From Lama glama (Eukaryota), in assembly GCA_028534125.1 (NCBI GenBank), contig CM052816.1, positions 74,836,001 to 74,900,000 on the forward strand: a stretch of 64,000 nt of DNA, read 5' to 3'. Under the pieces are notes generated by a model. It ran no database searches and was not told where the DNA came from. It saw only the letters and a list, made by a program, of their open reading frames with translations. A program made the position numbers and the translations under genes. This document shows, in pieces, positions 12,801 to 25,094 of this stretch (positions within the stretch are counted from its first letter, which is position 1; each line of letters starts with the position of its first letter).

Positions 12801-14279
12801 TATGAACAATGACCCCAACTCCCCTGGCTCTCATACACGCACGGTAGATTTGTCAGACAAGTACAAATTCCAGTCCAGGAAAGAAAACAGCCAGCTCCAT
12901 AGCAGGGTCTCCCATACGAAAGATTTTTCACTTCACCTGGCGTGAGATCTGCCCGTTAATTGACTTACGAAGGTCTCACAGGGATATGCACGGACCAGGA
13001 AATGAGGCTTTATATTCACAGTAAAAACTTGACATTTGGGACTGCGTTTGGGAAGGTCTGCGCTGCAAAGGCCAAAGTCAAGACAAATCCTGGCTCCCAC
13101 GTGTCCTTACAGTTTGGTGTCCTTGCTGCTGTAGGTAAAATGACTTTCCAGCACTCTGGCCTTTGGGAACTAAGGTGCCAGATTCTCTGAAGAGAGCATT
13201 GTCCTGATAAAGGAAAAACAAGAACGCACTGGGTGCTTAAACTGTGGAGCATAAGAGAGGCTGGAAGTAATGTTTTATTTTGTTTAGTTTTCTCTCAATT
13301 TGCTTTATTTTTTAGACCAGATTGTTTGGACACCGAAAATCATGTTTTTGCACTTTTTTTGTGGCAGTTAGGCTTCTAGTCCAGAGCCAGAAAAACTGAA
13401 ATATAAATAAATCCAGGAAGGCTCTTATAAGCAATTAGATCAACTCTATATTTAAAATTCTTTTTTTTCTTTTTAAAATAATTATTTCTTGAGCTGAAAC
13501 TTAGCTTACCAGATCTGCCTAGTTTAGAAGTTTTTTGAAACAAAAATTTTTGACAGTTTCTTCCTGTATCAAAATTGCTCATGTAATACAAGAAATGGTG
13601 AGAATTTTACCAGGTCCTTACAGGCTAAGGTAAAGCAAAAGGGGGAGTTAGTGGCCTCAGAATTTACCAAAAAAGTTGCTCATAATTGCTTTACATTTAT
13701 CCAAAACAAAACTTACAAGAGTTTTTCCCACTATATTACAATACTTAGAAAAGGTGGAGAGAGCAAGACAAACAATTCATTTTATAGAAGGAAAGTAAGT
13801 GGCAAGGAACACTCACTTCCCTTGTACCCTCTTCTCTCCTTGTTACTTCATCTGTTGCTCTCAACAATTAAATGAGTTAATATCTGTCAAGCCTGAAAAA
13901 TATTGGGCCCATACTGTACCCTATGCAAATATTTGTTAATTTTTTTAGAAAAGAAAAGAAGAAATTAAAGAAGTGCAGGAAGGAGAAAAGAGGGAATAAA
14001 GAACATGAAAGCAGAGAAACAAGCAGAGGGAAATTGTGGAGAGAAGTCTGAAATGGTCAAAATACATAAAATGAAATGGAAGTCTTCCAGAATACATCAA
14101 GAATCTATATAACATCTTAAACTCAGGTTACACGAACAAAGACTCTTAAGCAGATAAATCCTAAAGAAAGCAAAGTGGAATTAAACTCCACAAGTTTCTG
14201 ACTTGATGTTAGAAGCCCGTTCCCCTGAAACAAACTCTATTCATTATAAAAAGTGCCTAAAGCCTCTTAGTTTTGACTA

Positions 14280-15370
14280 AAATGTAACAGGTACTGGGCT
14301 AGCCCTCCCACAGTGTATGTGAAACCAGGCAGGAGTCTGTGCAAGACCGCAATCTCTGCAAGAAGAGAAACTAAAAAGGGAAGCTTTGCATTAGCCCCAC
14401 CTCCCTGCTTGGGAGTTTCTGCACTGCCTTGCAGTGAACTAGAATCAACAGAGCAAGGTGGTTCTGCTGATTTGAGGAAGCTGAAGTAGCTAGAATCTGC
14501 AGGGCAGGCACCATAGAAGATGGGACTGCAGAGAGCAGAGCCCAGGAAGTTTTCATGAGAATTGAGATGAAGGAGGGAGCTCTACACAAGTCCTTGACCA
14601 AGCGCTGAGCTTGACATGAGCGAGATGAACTATGTGAGGCTTAACCAGTAAAAAATGGAACTGAGAAATTAGTGGTCCAACAATGTTAGGAACACTGGAG
14701 TTCAGGCCCAGCCAGAGTGGAATGATGGCTTTAGCACCTTGTTACCGTCACAGGCTATTAGCTGAGACACCAGAAAGGCTGTGATGGGGTGTATAAATGA
14801 AATTATACTGTTGTAAGTTTATTCCATTTCTGAACAGGAAGTGTAAAGTGCAAAATGGTACAATAGTGCCTGTAAATAGACTTGGAAAAATTAAGGCATA
14901 TAGGATTAACCTAGACCAATCCTAAAAAATAGTAAAACTACGTAAAGATGTAGATCAAGGAAACATAACACAGTCCAGTCTGAACTATAACTGATGAATT
15001 GTAAAGGCTCAGTATGAACAACTCTGCGAGTTAAAAAATCAAGGGAGACTTGGTCACGTGACCACCCACAATTTTGTACATTTACCTCCAAGAGCTTTAC
15101 CAGATTCTCATAGTAAATATCAGAGAAAAAACCCTCATGCTCTGGCAGAGGAAGGGAAGAAGCAATCATTCTGAAATATGCCAGTGCACTGTGTTCTTAA
15201 CCAGGCTTGCCCTCAGGAGAAACTAGTTAACCAGACCCTAACCTATTGGGATATTATCAGAGCCTAACTGACCCGGGAGAAGGGAAATACCCACTCCAGC
15301 CTACTCTAGCCATCCTGCCCCACCCAAGGGGCAAAAGCTGAGGAACACTTTCGAAGCTCATAGTTCACAG
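14280..15370 (+). mobile_element. Old L1 5'-region relics (L1M/L1MD-like)
   Basis: ATGTAACAGGTACTGGGCTAGCCCTCC and GGGAGAAGGGAAATACCCACTCCAGCC resemble recalled L1MD 5' sequence. Confidence 0.5.
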
Positions 15371-15374
15371 TGAT

Positions 15375-17400
15375 CTCATTTCTAGAAATTTATACTGATA
15401 ATGGAAAAAAGAAACATTATTCAGTGTTACACTGTTAGTAATAGCAAAGTAAGAAATAACTAAAATACTTGTTTGTGGAAAAGAGTAGAATAAGCTGTGG
15501 TATATCCATGCAATGGATTTCTATGAAGTCATAAAAAAAGACTGAGGAAGAAACAGGTCTATGAACCGACATGGAGTGATTTCCAGGGTGTATGTTTAAG
15601 CAAAACAAAACAAAACAAAAGGTGCAAATAAATTGTATACACTATACTACCTTTTGTGCAAGAAAAATGGGGAATAGGAATAGATACCATATATTTGCTT
15701 ATTTTTGCAAAAAACAAAGAAAAAACCAACAACATAATAAGAACAGACAGAAACTACTGAAAATGGTTAGCCATTGGATATAAACGGGAATAGGTAAAAG
15801 GGTAAAGAATTTTTAAATATAACTTATAATCTGAGCTATGCAAATGTTCTATATATTCAAAAAATAAGCTAAATTTTAAAATATTATAAAAGCAAATCCT
15901 AAAATTGAATACAAAGAGAAACGAATGAATCTAACAGTATATTAAACTGATAAAAAAAAAAGCCACACAGGAAGAGGAATTAATTCAAGTACTTTTGGAA
16001 ACAGTGTCTTAACTATAAAATCCTACTGGGATCAATTCCAAGAAAAAAGAGAACTGCAAAGAAATGTTAAACTTTACCTAATAGGTTTATTGTTAGTTGT
16101 GATACTATTTTAATTCTTAAACTGTTGAATTTACAATATAAGATGACAAGTAAATATATTACTATAAGGGATCAAGATTTTCACTATGAGAGAAAAAGAA
16201 ATGTAAATGTAGCATATAAAGAGCTAAGGAAAATGACATAATGTTAAATTTGAATTGGAAATGAATTCATGTATTCATTCATGAATGAATACATGAATTT
16301 ATTTTAAAAGTATATTTTCTAGATCTACCCATTACAGTAGCCTAGAAAGAATGGCACCCCACTAACAAAGAGGTACTCACAGACTAATGGGGCCATATCA
16401 AAAGAACAGAAGAGCATACTTAAAGGGGCCCCTCCTGACCAAATCTGATATAGCTGGACCATTGGAAAGTATAAAGATAGTAATCGATTATAATGCACTC
16501 AATTTAAAAATAAGTCCATTGTGATATTCAAAAGGAGCAGGAATAGGAGAGAGGAGTGTTTCTTCTTTTGAGAAAAATTCCAGTTAGTAGATAGAATCAG
16601 CCATTTTGCCATCTCTAGTGTAACACTTTATCTAGGTAAATATCATCAATGAATGCTAAAATTGGGGTGAGGGATTATGGAAAACAATATATTCACACAC
16701 ATATTATAAAATATCACTCATAGATTACTTATCAATTATAAAGGGGAACTATAGCTTCAAATGAAGAGAGCCAATGGTCATTCCCTTAACCAAGTAACTA
16801 CTTTGGCATTAATAGTAGTGGTGCAGCCTGGCATTACGTGTTCTCTGATGTGATGCATTAAGTATACAACAGCTCCTATAAATTAATCTTGCTAGAAATG
16901 TTTAACCTGAGTCTAAACATAAGAACACAATTAGACAAATTCAAAATGTTGGACATTCTTCAAGACAACTGGCCAGTACTCTTCTATTTTTTTTAAAGTC
17001 AATATCATAAAAAACAAGACCAAAAAGCAGAGAAATTATTCTAAATTAAAAGAAATTTAAAAGGCAAAAGAGCTAAATTTAATTTTTGCACCTGGGTTGA
17101 ATCTTTGAGGGGGAAAAAAAAACTAGATACAATAATGGAATTATGGCTCTTTTGAAAAAATGCCCTTATCTTAACAAGGCCATGTTAAAATTTTAGGGAT
17201 GAAGGGCTATGCTGTGTGCAATTTACTTTCAAGTAATTTGGAGAGAGAATAAGGATAGAGAAAGTGAGGAGGGGTGAGAAAGAGACAGACAGAGTGCAAA
17301 TGTGTCAAATTGGTGTATCCAAAGCGCATTTGAATGTTCATGGTACTAGTCTTCCAGCACTTTTGTAAGTTTGAATATTTTCCAAATAGAATTGGAGAAA
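15375..17400 (+). mobile_element. Old L1 (L1MC/ME) 3' region
   Basis: AATAAGCTGTGGTATATCCATGCAATGG, GGACATTCTTCAAGACAACTGGCCAGTACTCTTC and TTTTGTAAGTTTGAATATTTTCCAAAT are typical L1MC4/5-type 3'UTR motifs. Confidence 0.7.
16264..16299. repeat. Perfect 36-bp palindrome (no spacer)
   Basis: AATTCATGTATTCATTCA|TGAATGAATACATGAATT is its own reverse complement. Confidence 0.97.
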
Positions 17401-17650
17401 AGTAAAACAAGTACTTGCTTTGAAACTGTAAACTTACTGTTTGACTGAATTGTTATCTGTGGAATAATAAATATACAATGAAATGTAAAAGTGTTATTTA
17501 TAGAGTTTTAACTTTAATGCAGTTTGAGATATATACAGTGACCTCTCTGACTTACTGACACACTGTCTTAAGAACCAGCCAATCCACATTTTGGAGCCAG
17601 TTTGGGCTATTCTTGTGCCCGTGCTGTCATGTGTTGGTGGAATTGTGTGA

Positions 17651-17675
17651 TTTTTTTTTTTTTTTTTTTTTTTTT
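17651..17675. repeat. poly(T) tract
   Basis: 25 consecutive T. Confidence 0.95.
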
Positions 17676-18489
17676 GCTGAGCTTTCCCTTTTATCATCAG
17701 CAGAAAGTAGGTGGAGCCTAGCAATGTTTTCTGTTCTAGTGCTGATTTTGGTTTCTCTTCCAAAAAATTCAGAGTTTCAATTATTCATCATGGAGGGCAG
17801 ATGGGGTGATAAGCTTCTGGTCAACACCAGAATTCCAGAGCCAAATGCCTTGGGATGTTGAGAAGTCTTTGAGGCACTTTAGAAAATGGCCCTAATACTT
17901 TTGGGGCATCGTTAATGTACTAAAGAAGGACAATCCAGTTCATGATTCTCCAGGACTGTTCTTAAATGTTGGTGAATTCTAAACTACATTCTTTCCAAGT
18001 GCTTTAAGAAGCTATTAAATGTAGTACTTTCATTTCAAATAGACTAAATCAAACATGTTTGCATGTTATGTTGGGGAGGGGTCAAGAGGTCCCTATTAGT
18101 GGCAAGTATCTCTAAATGGTGAAGCTAAGGTTAATGTTGTGGGACAGAAGGGCCTAGAACTGTTGCCAGGAAGGCAGAGGCAATCTCCTCCATGTTGGTG
18201 GTGCCTACTCTCTTTCTCATGAAGACCCCTCGCTAGGTTCTCTCTCTGTACAGAAAGCCCCCCTTATCCAAGGATTGGTTCTTAAAAAGACCACTGAAAG
18301 TAAATTCACTTTCAAAAGGGAACCAAAATTATTCATTAAATTATTTTTTAAAAAGGGCTTTATAGAATTTTATTTTGAAATATGACACTGAAAATTATGA
18401 ACATATGTTTAAAAAAATTTGGGAATAAATTGTTGACTTGGAAGGATTTTTGCTAAAGTCAGCAGAATAGGATACCCTTCCACTGTATG

Positions 18490-18720
18490 TTTGATTTCTT
18501 AGATACAGCACTCAAAGCACAATCCAAAAAAAAAGTTCATAAATTGTACTTCACTGAAATTAGAAACTTTTGCTCTTTAAAAGACAATATTAAGAAAATG
18601 AAAATGAATCAACAGGGAAGAAATATTTGCAAAACACGTATTTGTAAAGGACTTGTGTCAGGATATATAAAGACCTCATTAATGAGCAAACAAGTCAGGT
18701 TTTTAAATGGGCAAATATAG
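18490..18720 (+). mobile_element. L1 ORF2 fragment
   Basis: Translation DFLDTALKAQSKKKVHKLYFTEIRNFCSLKDNIKKMK resembles ORF2 (DFLDxTPKAQxxKxKIDKLDFIKIKNFC). Confidence 0.75.
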
Positions 18721-21174
18721 CACATGCTCATTGTCAGATATTTTGAAATCTCAGACATGTTAAGCGGAAAGCAGAATTTACCCATAGTCCTATTTAGAGG
18801 TAAGTACTATTAAATATAATCTTAAATGGCATGTCATTCCAGGTTTTTATGAGTAAATTTATCACATATAGCCTATTTTTATATTATTTTACAATCTGTC
18901 TTTTAACTGTACAGTATATATAATATTAAACATGTTTCTATCTCCTTTGATATTTGTTATTGATAAATATTATTTTTGATACTTGTAGAAAGTATTTGTA
19001 AACATGATTTTCAATAGCTAAAATCCTTTATTTATCCAATTTTATATAGTTGAACACATATATCATGTTCAATTTTATGTTATTATAAATCATACTATTA
19101 TGATGAACATTGCTGCACATAACTTTTAACTATGTATCATTTTATTTCTCTAGGTTGTTATGACTTCACAGATATGACATCAAATTCTATCAAAAATTAT
19201 GTACATTTTAATGGATTCTGTCTTTATATACAGGAAACTCATATCTTAACTCACTAAATCCATATTTCTAAGCAGAAACCCCAAAAATGGAGTTGTTGAT
19301 GCAGATTTCCAAGAATGAAGTCATCTGAGTGCAGCCAGTCTCTCTGGTCGAAGGACAAAGTGAGATGTGAGTTTGAATTGACAGCTTTACCAGGATTAAT
19401 GTGCTAAGTTTACGGAAAGAGTTCTGGAAAAGCAAGAAGAAAAATTCATGTTCAAATTCTCCTGTCTATCATGGACACAGAAGGAATGGGGGCATCTGAG
19501 CATCTCCACCTCTACTCTGTTAGCATATCTCAGAACTTCTACACTTTTTTTTTCTTCTCAGAAACATATTAAAGAGAGGCCAGCAGAGAGTTCAAGTTTT
19601 TCAATGCCAATTTGAGAGTGTTAAACACCTCTTCACATACCACCTCCATTGGAAGCTCATACTATGCAAGTTTTTCAAAACCTCCAACTGTCTTTTTTGT
19701 TCTTTGAAACGCTATGGCCTGCCACAGTGCAAGTCTCATTAAATGTTTAACAAAATACATGTTAGTTGTCTTCTAATCAAGAATGTTCTGTTCTTTGCAC
19801 CTCAACGAATCACAGGAAACAAACAGCAACATACAATAATTAAATTTGATTGAACCTAATTGATTTGAATGTTAATGAATCAGTGCCTCCAGTATATTTC
19901 ATTTCACTCAGACTTTGATGACACTTAAGCAGTTGTCTTGCTTCCCCAACCTGCTACCTTCACTTCTCCCCACCATGCTGCAACACTGTTCCTGTGCTAT
20001 CAACACGGTGCCTGAAAACCTTTTAATCAGCTCTGGCTGAAGTTGGATAGGAGCTCTCAGCTCTTCCAGCTCTATCACTTCCCATGTTAGTTGCCAAGGG
20101 AACCATCTCACTGAGTCAACAATAAAAGACTCATCATGTTCAGTTGTATGTTTTTTTCTTTTGCCATGATAAGAGCCACAGAAATGTCCTCTTGCATCAG
20201 AGCACAAGTGTCAATCTTCTCTCCTATTACTTCTCATATGATCTGAAAGCAATCTTTGTTTACAGTGAGGGATGAAAGAGGGAAATTCAACAAGCCAGGC
20301 CTGCGAAAGTTAGCTGAGGCCAATGCCATAGAAACAGCATGCATTTGTTATCTGAAAGGAAAAATTAAAATTTGATATTTAGATATTTTGATAGAATTTT
20401 TGGCTATGTGTCCTGCTTGAACAGAGTTGGGTAGACGGGTTTGTGTTTTACTCTGACCAGTGTTTTGATACGTCAGTGAGGCAAATGATGAGCCTAACCT
20501 CGAAGGCAGGACAGAAATTAAACATACTTTGTTTCCTTCTATAGCTCTCTTATCCACTGGCACAAACAGCTCTCAACAAATGTTGAAAAATGCTCACCAG
20601 TGGCTGCTGCCAACCTGCAGGAGGTCTTCTGCACTGTTTCAAAATATCCAGCCAAGTTACTGTCTGGAAACATTTAAAGGCTGGTGAGGAAGAGTCTCCA
20701 GCCTTTCCACTCAGCACTCTCTGCCCTTATCTCTTCTGAGTTGTAAGCAATACAGCTTTGTGAACTCAAGGACCAGGAAGTCCCTTTGAAGACAAAGGAT
20801 GGGCCCAAGGCCCCCCTTGTGAGAGTTTTGGGTGAGAGAAAAATCTTTCTGCCTACCCATCCCCATTCTCAATCTTTTATGCAGAAAATATGAAGTTGCC
20901 AAGGGAACCAATAAGCATTATGTGCAATTTTTCTTGAAGGAAAATGAAAACAATGTCATAGGATAGTCAAGCTGAACAGAAGGGCAGGTAGAGAGTGGGG
21001 TCTAGAATGGGGAGAGCGAGCCCTCTTTTACCTAGGTTTCTCTCTGGTAGAGAGAAGTGCTTTTATTGCTTTTTGAATATTTTTGTACTATTGAGTCACC
21101 TTTTTCTGAGTTATTGCCCAATTTCTCAATTATAACTATTTCTCAAATTGTGATCATTTATTACCTGTGTAAGT

Positions 21175-21315
21175 ATCACTTGAGGCTTGTGAAATAACTG
21201 CAGTGTCTAGGGCTGGACCCCAGACTTGCTGAATAAATCTCTGAGGGTGGAGGCTAGACATCTACATGTTTAACAATTACCCCCAAGTGATCTTTATTTA
21301 AAGAACTCATAGGAC
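21175..21315. mobile_element. MER5A-like hAT-Charlie fragment
   Basis: CCCCAGACTTGCTGAATAAATCTCTGAGGGTGGAG...TTTAACAATTACCCCCAAGTGAT. Confidence 0.6.
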
Positions 21316-21389
21316 TAATACAAGAATGTCTATGGTAGAAGCAAAAAGACTCCCCTAAAGGAAGAGGCACAGGGCAATCTTCTTAGAAG

Positions 21390-21565
21390 AAAAGTTCTAA
21401 ACCTAGATGAGCTTTGGGAGACAGGGTCCATGACATACTTAAAATTGTTTGAAGTTATATATGTGTAAGTGTGTCTATGTACATTTTTCTGGTGAGGAGT
21501 TTTAGATCTTTGATCAGATCCCCAAGAGAGTCCATGACTCTCTCCAGAATATTAAGAACCATTTG
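21390..21565. mobile_element. MER103-like hAT-Charlie fragment
   Basis: CAGGGTCCATGA...CATTTTTCTGGTGAGGAG...TTTGATCAGATCCCCAAG...TTAAGAACCA. Confidence 0.55.
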
Positions 21566-22087
21566 TTCAAGGAATGCTTGAGTTGATATCAGGAATAGTG
21601 GCAGGTATCCCTAAAATAAAATGTCTTGAATGGTCTCCTCACTCTCACTCCTTCCCTTTCCTCCCGTGCAACACCTCTTCCCAACTTGGACATTGAGATG
21701 TTGAACATTGACAGTCATCAAAATGTGTTACTAAATACAAATACAAATAGGGCTGGTACACAAACAAAATGGTACAGAGTATTTTAATAGCTTTCTTTTT
21801 TGGACTAAATGATTGCCTCAAACCAAAAAATAAAAGGTTAATTTTGTCCTCTGCCCACATTACAAAAACAAAATCAGTGTTGATGTAGTCATTCCACTTC
21901 TCCAAAAACCAAAGTGGTTTCTGAGAAATCTCTCGCCACTTTGAAGAGTGAACAATTAGGACACTCATGATTAGAGAAATCAGATTAATTGGCCCAGAGT
22001 GTGATGAGAGAGTGTGTTCTTTAATGAAGATGGCTGTGCAAAGTGGATGCACACAGTGCTTATCCAGGATGGTTCAGGGGACTAGGG

Positions 22088-22280
22088 CCATATTTCTCAA
22101 AGTGTGCTGAGAAAATTGCATGACCAGAGTTCTTTTGGGCAGAGTTCTGTTAAAAATGCTAATTCCCTGTACCCATCTAGACCTTAAGAATTAGAATTAC
22201 TGGTGATGGGGCCAGAGAATCAAAGGTTAGAACAAGTATCAAGGAGATTGGTGAGTGTGAAACATTCTAAAGTTTTAGAG
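22088..22280. mobile_element. MER5-like hAT-Charlie fragment
   Basis: TTTCTCAAAGTGTG...TGTTAAAAATGCTAATTCC...GATGGGGCCAGAGAATC. Confidence 0.55.
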
Positions 22281-23402
22281 TTCTCTGTGTAACATTTCTC
22301 CCAAGTCATCTTTACTCAAGGATAAAGGTTATAGAACAGAGAAGGCAGTGCTATTGAGCCCAGAACCTAAAGCACATCACTGGTAAATAGCAATGTGGGA
22401 CCCAGTCTCTACCCACCGGGTATTATAATCCTGTCCAGATGTTTATGTCAGAGGCTGAGAATTGGAAAACGATTGCATAATAATAAAAATTCTGTCCTGG
22501 ACACAATTAGGAAACATATTACACCATTGCATTTAGTTAAAATCTTAAAACTTAATTATTCTATGCTTGAAACATCCCAAGGAATGTCTCCTTTCAACCA
22601 AAAGGACTCAATCTAAGTATGAAAGGATAAATTTCAAAATTATGGGACAATTCAAGTTCCACCTCTAGAGCTCTCTGATTGATAAAGGATGTTCAATTCC
22701 CTGTCAATTCCCTGATCTAGGAGGGTGGGGACTTCACATACTGTGGATTACTGCTCTCAGAAGGGTGTGTCTGTAGGACCAGGGAGTCCACTCCCAATTT
22801 GGTCAGTCCTGAGAGAAACAGAACATTTCTGTTTTTTATCCTTTTCCTTTCATTAGTCTCTGAAATTGTCATTGCCTAGAGTTCAGGCTCAGATATTTCT
22901 TGGATGGTCACCAAAGCATTTCTAAGGAAGTTGCGGATAGGTCTGTAGTCATAAATAAAGTAATTCATTTGTCATCAGGTAATTAGTAAGAATGTTTTCT
23001 ATGTCCTCTTGTCTATTTTTGCTCTCTCCTAATGTCTATGCAAAGGAGAGACCTGTCTCCTGAAAATAAAATTAATTATATTTTAAGTTTCTTTGTTAAA
23101 AAAAAAAAACACTGCTAAAGCAAGACACTAAGTTCACTAGGGGGTATAAACAGATCAGTAGATATAAGCTGAGGTCAAAAAACTATGTCTACCCCAGCCT
23201 GCTGCCAAAACTTCTGTGAAAGAATTTCAAAGTATGGTTTGCCAAATGACCTTTTTACTAGTCATCTCAAACAAGTTAGTGAGATCATTTACACTGCTTC
23301 CATGAAATTCTGAAGCATTATAGTATAATGGGAAGGTCTGAGGTGTTAGAACATAACTCATCTCCACTGATAGAGGGCAGCGACTCCCAACTCATTATTT
23401 AT

Positions 23403-23907
23403 TGTAGTAAGCAGAATAGTGCCTCTCCAGCCCCCCAAAAGACGCCCACATCCTAATCCACATAACCTGTGAATGTATGACTTTACATGGCAGGGAAACT
23501 AAGGTTGCAGCTGGGATTAAGGTTGCTAACAGCTGATGTTAAGAAAGGGGGAGTAGCCTAGATTACTCAGTGGGCCCAATGTAATAGGGAAGATTCCTTA
23601 AAAATGGAAGAGGGAGGCAGAGAGTCATTATCAGAGTATTTCAATGTGAGGAGTTGCCATTCCTGGCTTTGAAGATGGAGAGAGGCTATGAGCCAAGGTT
23701 TGGGGGCAGCCTTCAGAAAATGGAAAAGGCAAGGAAACTCATTCTTATGCAGAGCCTCCAGAATGCAATGCAGGCCTACCAACACCTTGATGTTAGCCAG
23801 CAAGACCTATTTCAGACTTCTGACCTGCAGGACTGTAAGATAAGAAATTTGTGTTATGGTAAGTCTCTAAGTGGTAATGTGTTACAGTAGCAGTCACAAA
23901 TTAACAT
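23403..23907 (+). mobile_element. MLT1D-like MaLR solo LTR
   Basis: Starts TGTAGTAAGCAGAATA and ends AAATTAACA; CACATCCTAATCC and CAGACTTCTGACCTGCAGGACTGTAAGATAAGAAATTTGTG are MLT1 motifs. Confidence 0.85.
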
Positions 23908-24769
23908 ATTCATCTAAATATTTATCTGTCTCTTTTCCCTTTTCCTTTTCAGAATAAAGTAATTGTTTAGTATTTTAAAAAATTAACCTGGATTTTTCCT
24001 CAAATGGAGGGGAAATTTCAGACTGTTTCCTGTTTCCCTTTCATTATCCCTAACATTTGAGCAGTGCTTGACCTATTCCAGTTATATTAGACTAGAATGA
24101 TGATGATGATATAATCAGAGAATCTTGAGTACTGGAAGGGCTTCAGCTCCTGGGGAGATCACAATGTTCACTTCTGGGCTGGTGACTCTAGGATGTCTAG
24201 ATGTCTTAGAGAAAAGTAGGTGTAGGGTGGAAAAGCTCAATCAGGAGAAAGTTCATCTTCTGGCCTCTGCTGTGAAGAGTATCTGTTTTGACTGTTTTCA
24301 CAGCATACAAAACTACTTAGGAATATTTGAATTTTGATGATGTGCAGGTCTTCTCAGGCATCAGACAAAGGATGGTAGCATTATAGATTTAACTTCTTAT
24401 TCCATTGCTATTTCTGAGTGAAGAACACTGCTGGGATTCTATTCTATCCTTCACCTACCAGCTTTCCTGCTCAATTAATTACTGCTTATGTTCAGAAGAG
24501 CTGGTTTAAGAACTCTCTTTCTCAAACTTTTTCTCCTACTGGCTTTAATAATCACCATATTCCCCACCTTAAAAAAATGTTTTCTTGTCAAATCCTGCTT
24601 CTCTGAGAATGAAGATTCTTTTAATTTCCTTCATTCCATAAAAATGTAACATTTAAAATACATTAAGTACTCTTAATTCCCAACTCTGAAGATCAGAAGA
24701 CCAACCTTTTGTAGGATTGAAGATTTTAGGACAGTTTCTAAAACAATATATTTAAAATCTACAGAAAGT

Positions 24770-24990
24770 AACTAACATTTTGGAGTACCTAGTGTATGCC
24801 AGGTTCTCTACTAGGTAATTTTGCACATATCACATTTAATACCCATGATAACCCTATAAATTATACATGATGTAATTTTTCACAAAAAGAAAAGCAGCTC
24901 AGAGAAGTCTTACAATTTGCCAAATATCATCCCGATGATAAATTGTATCACTGGGAATTGAAGACCAGGTCTGTCTGATTCTCTTTCCTG
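24770..24990. mobile_element. MIR SINE
   Basis: GCTCAGAGAAGT...CAATTTGCCAAATATCA...GAATTGAAGACCAGGTCTGTCTGATTC. Confidence 0.7.
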
Positions 24991-25094
24991 CTCTCTCACA
25001 ATGGAACATTATTTTACAGCTAAATAGTGATAAATATGAAGTTGATACCTTTATTGCAAGGACTGATGAAAAACGTACAACATTTGTATATAGA

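Noticed and set aside
18249..18486. Possible Tigger-type element bounded by TA-CAG...CTG-TA
   Set aside because: Terminal inverted repeats match too poorly to call without a database
21645..22052. 135-aa minus-strand ORF
   Set aside because: No recognisable homology; the start is a GTG rather than an ATG; more plausibly non-coding
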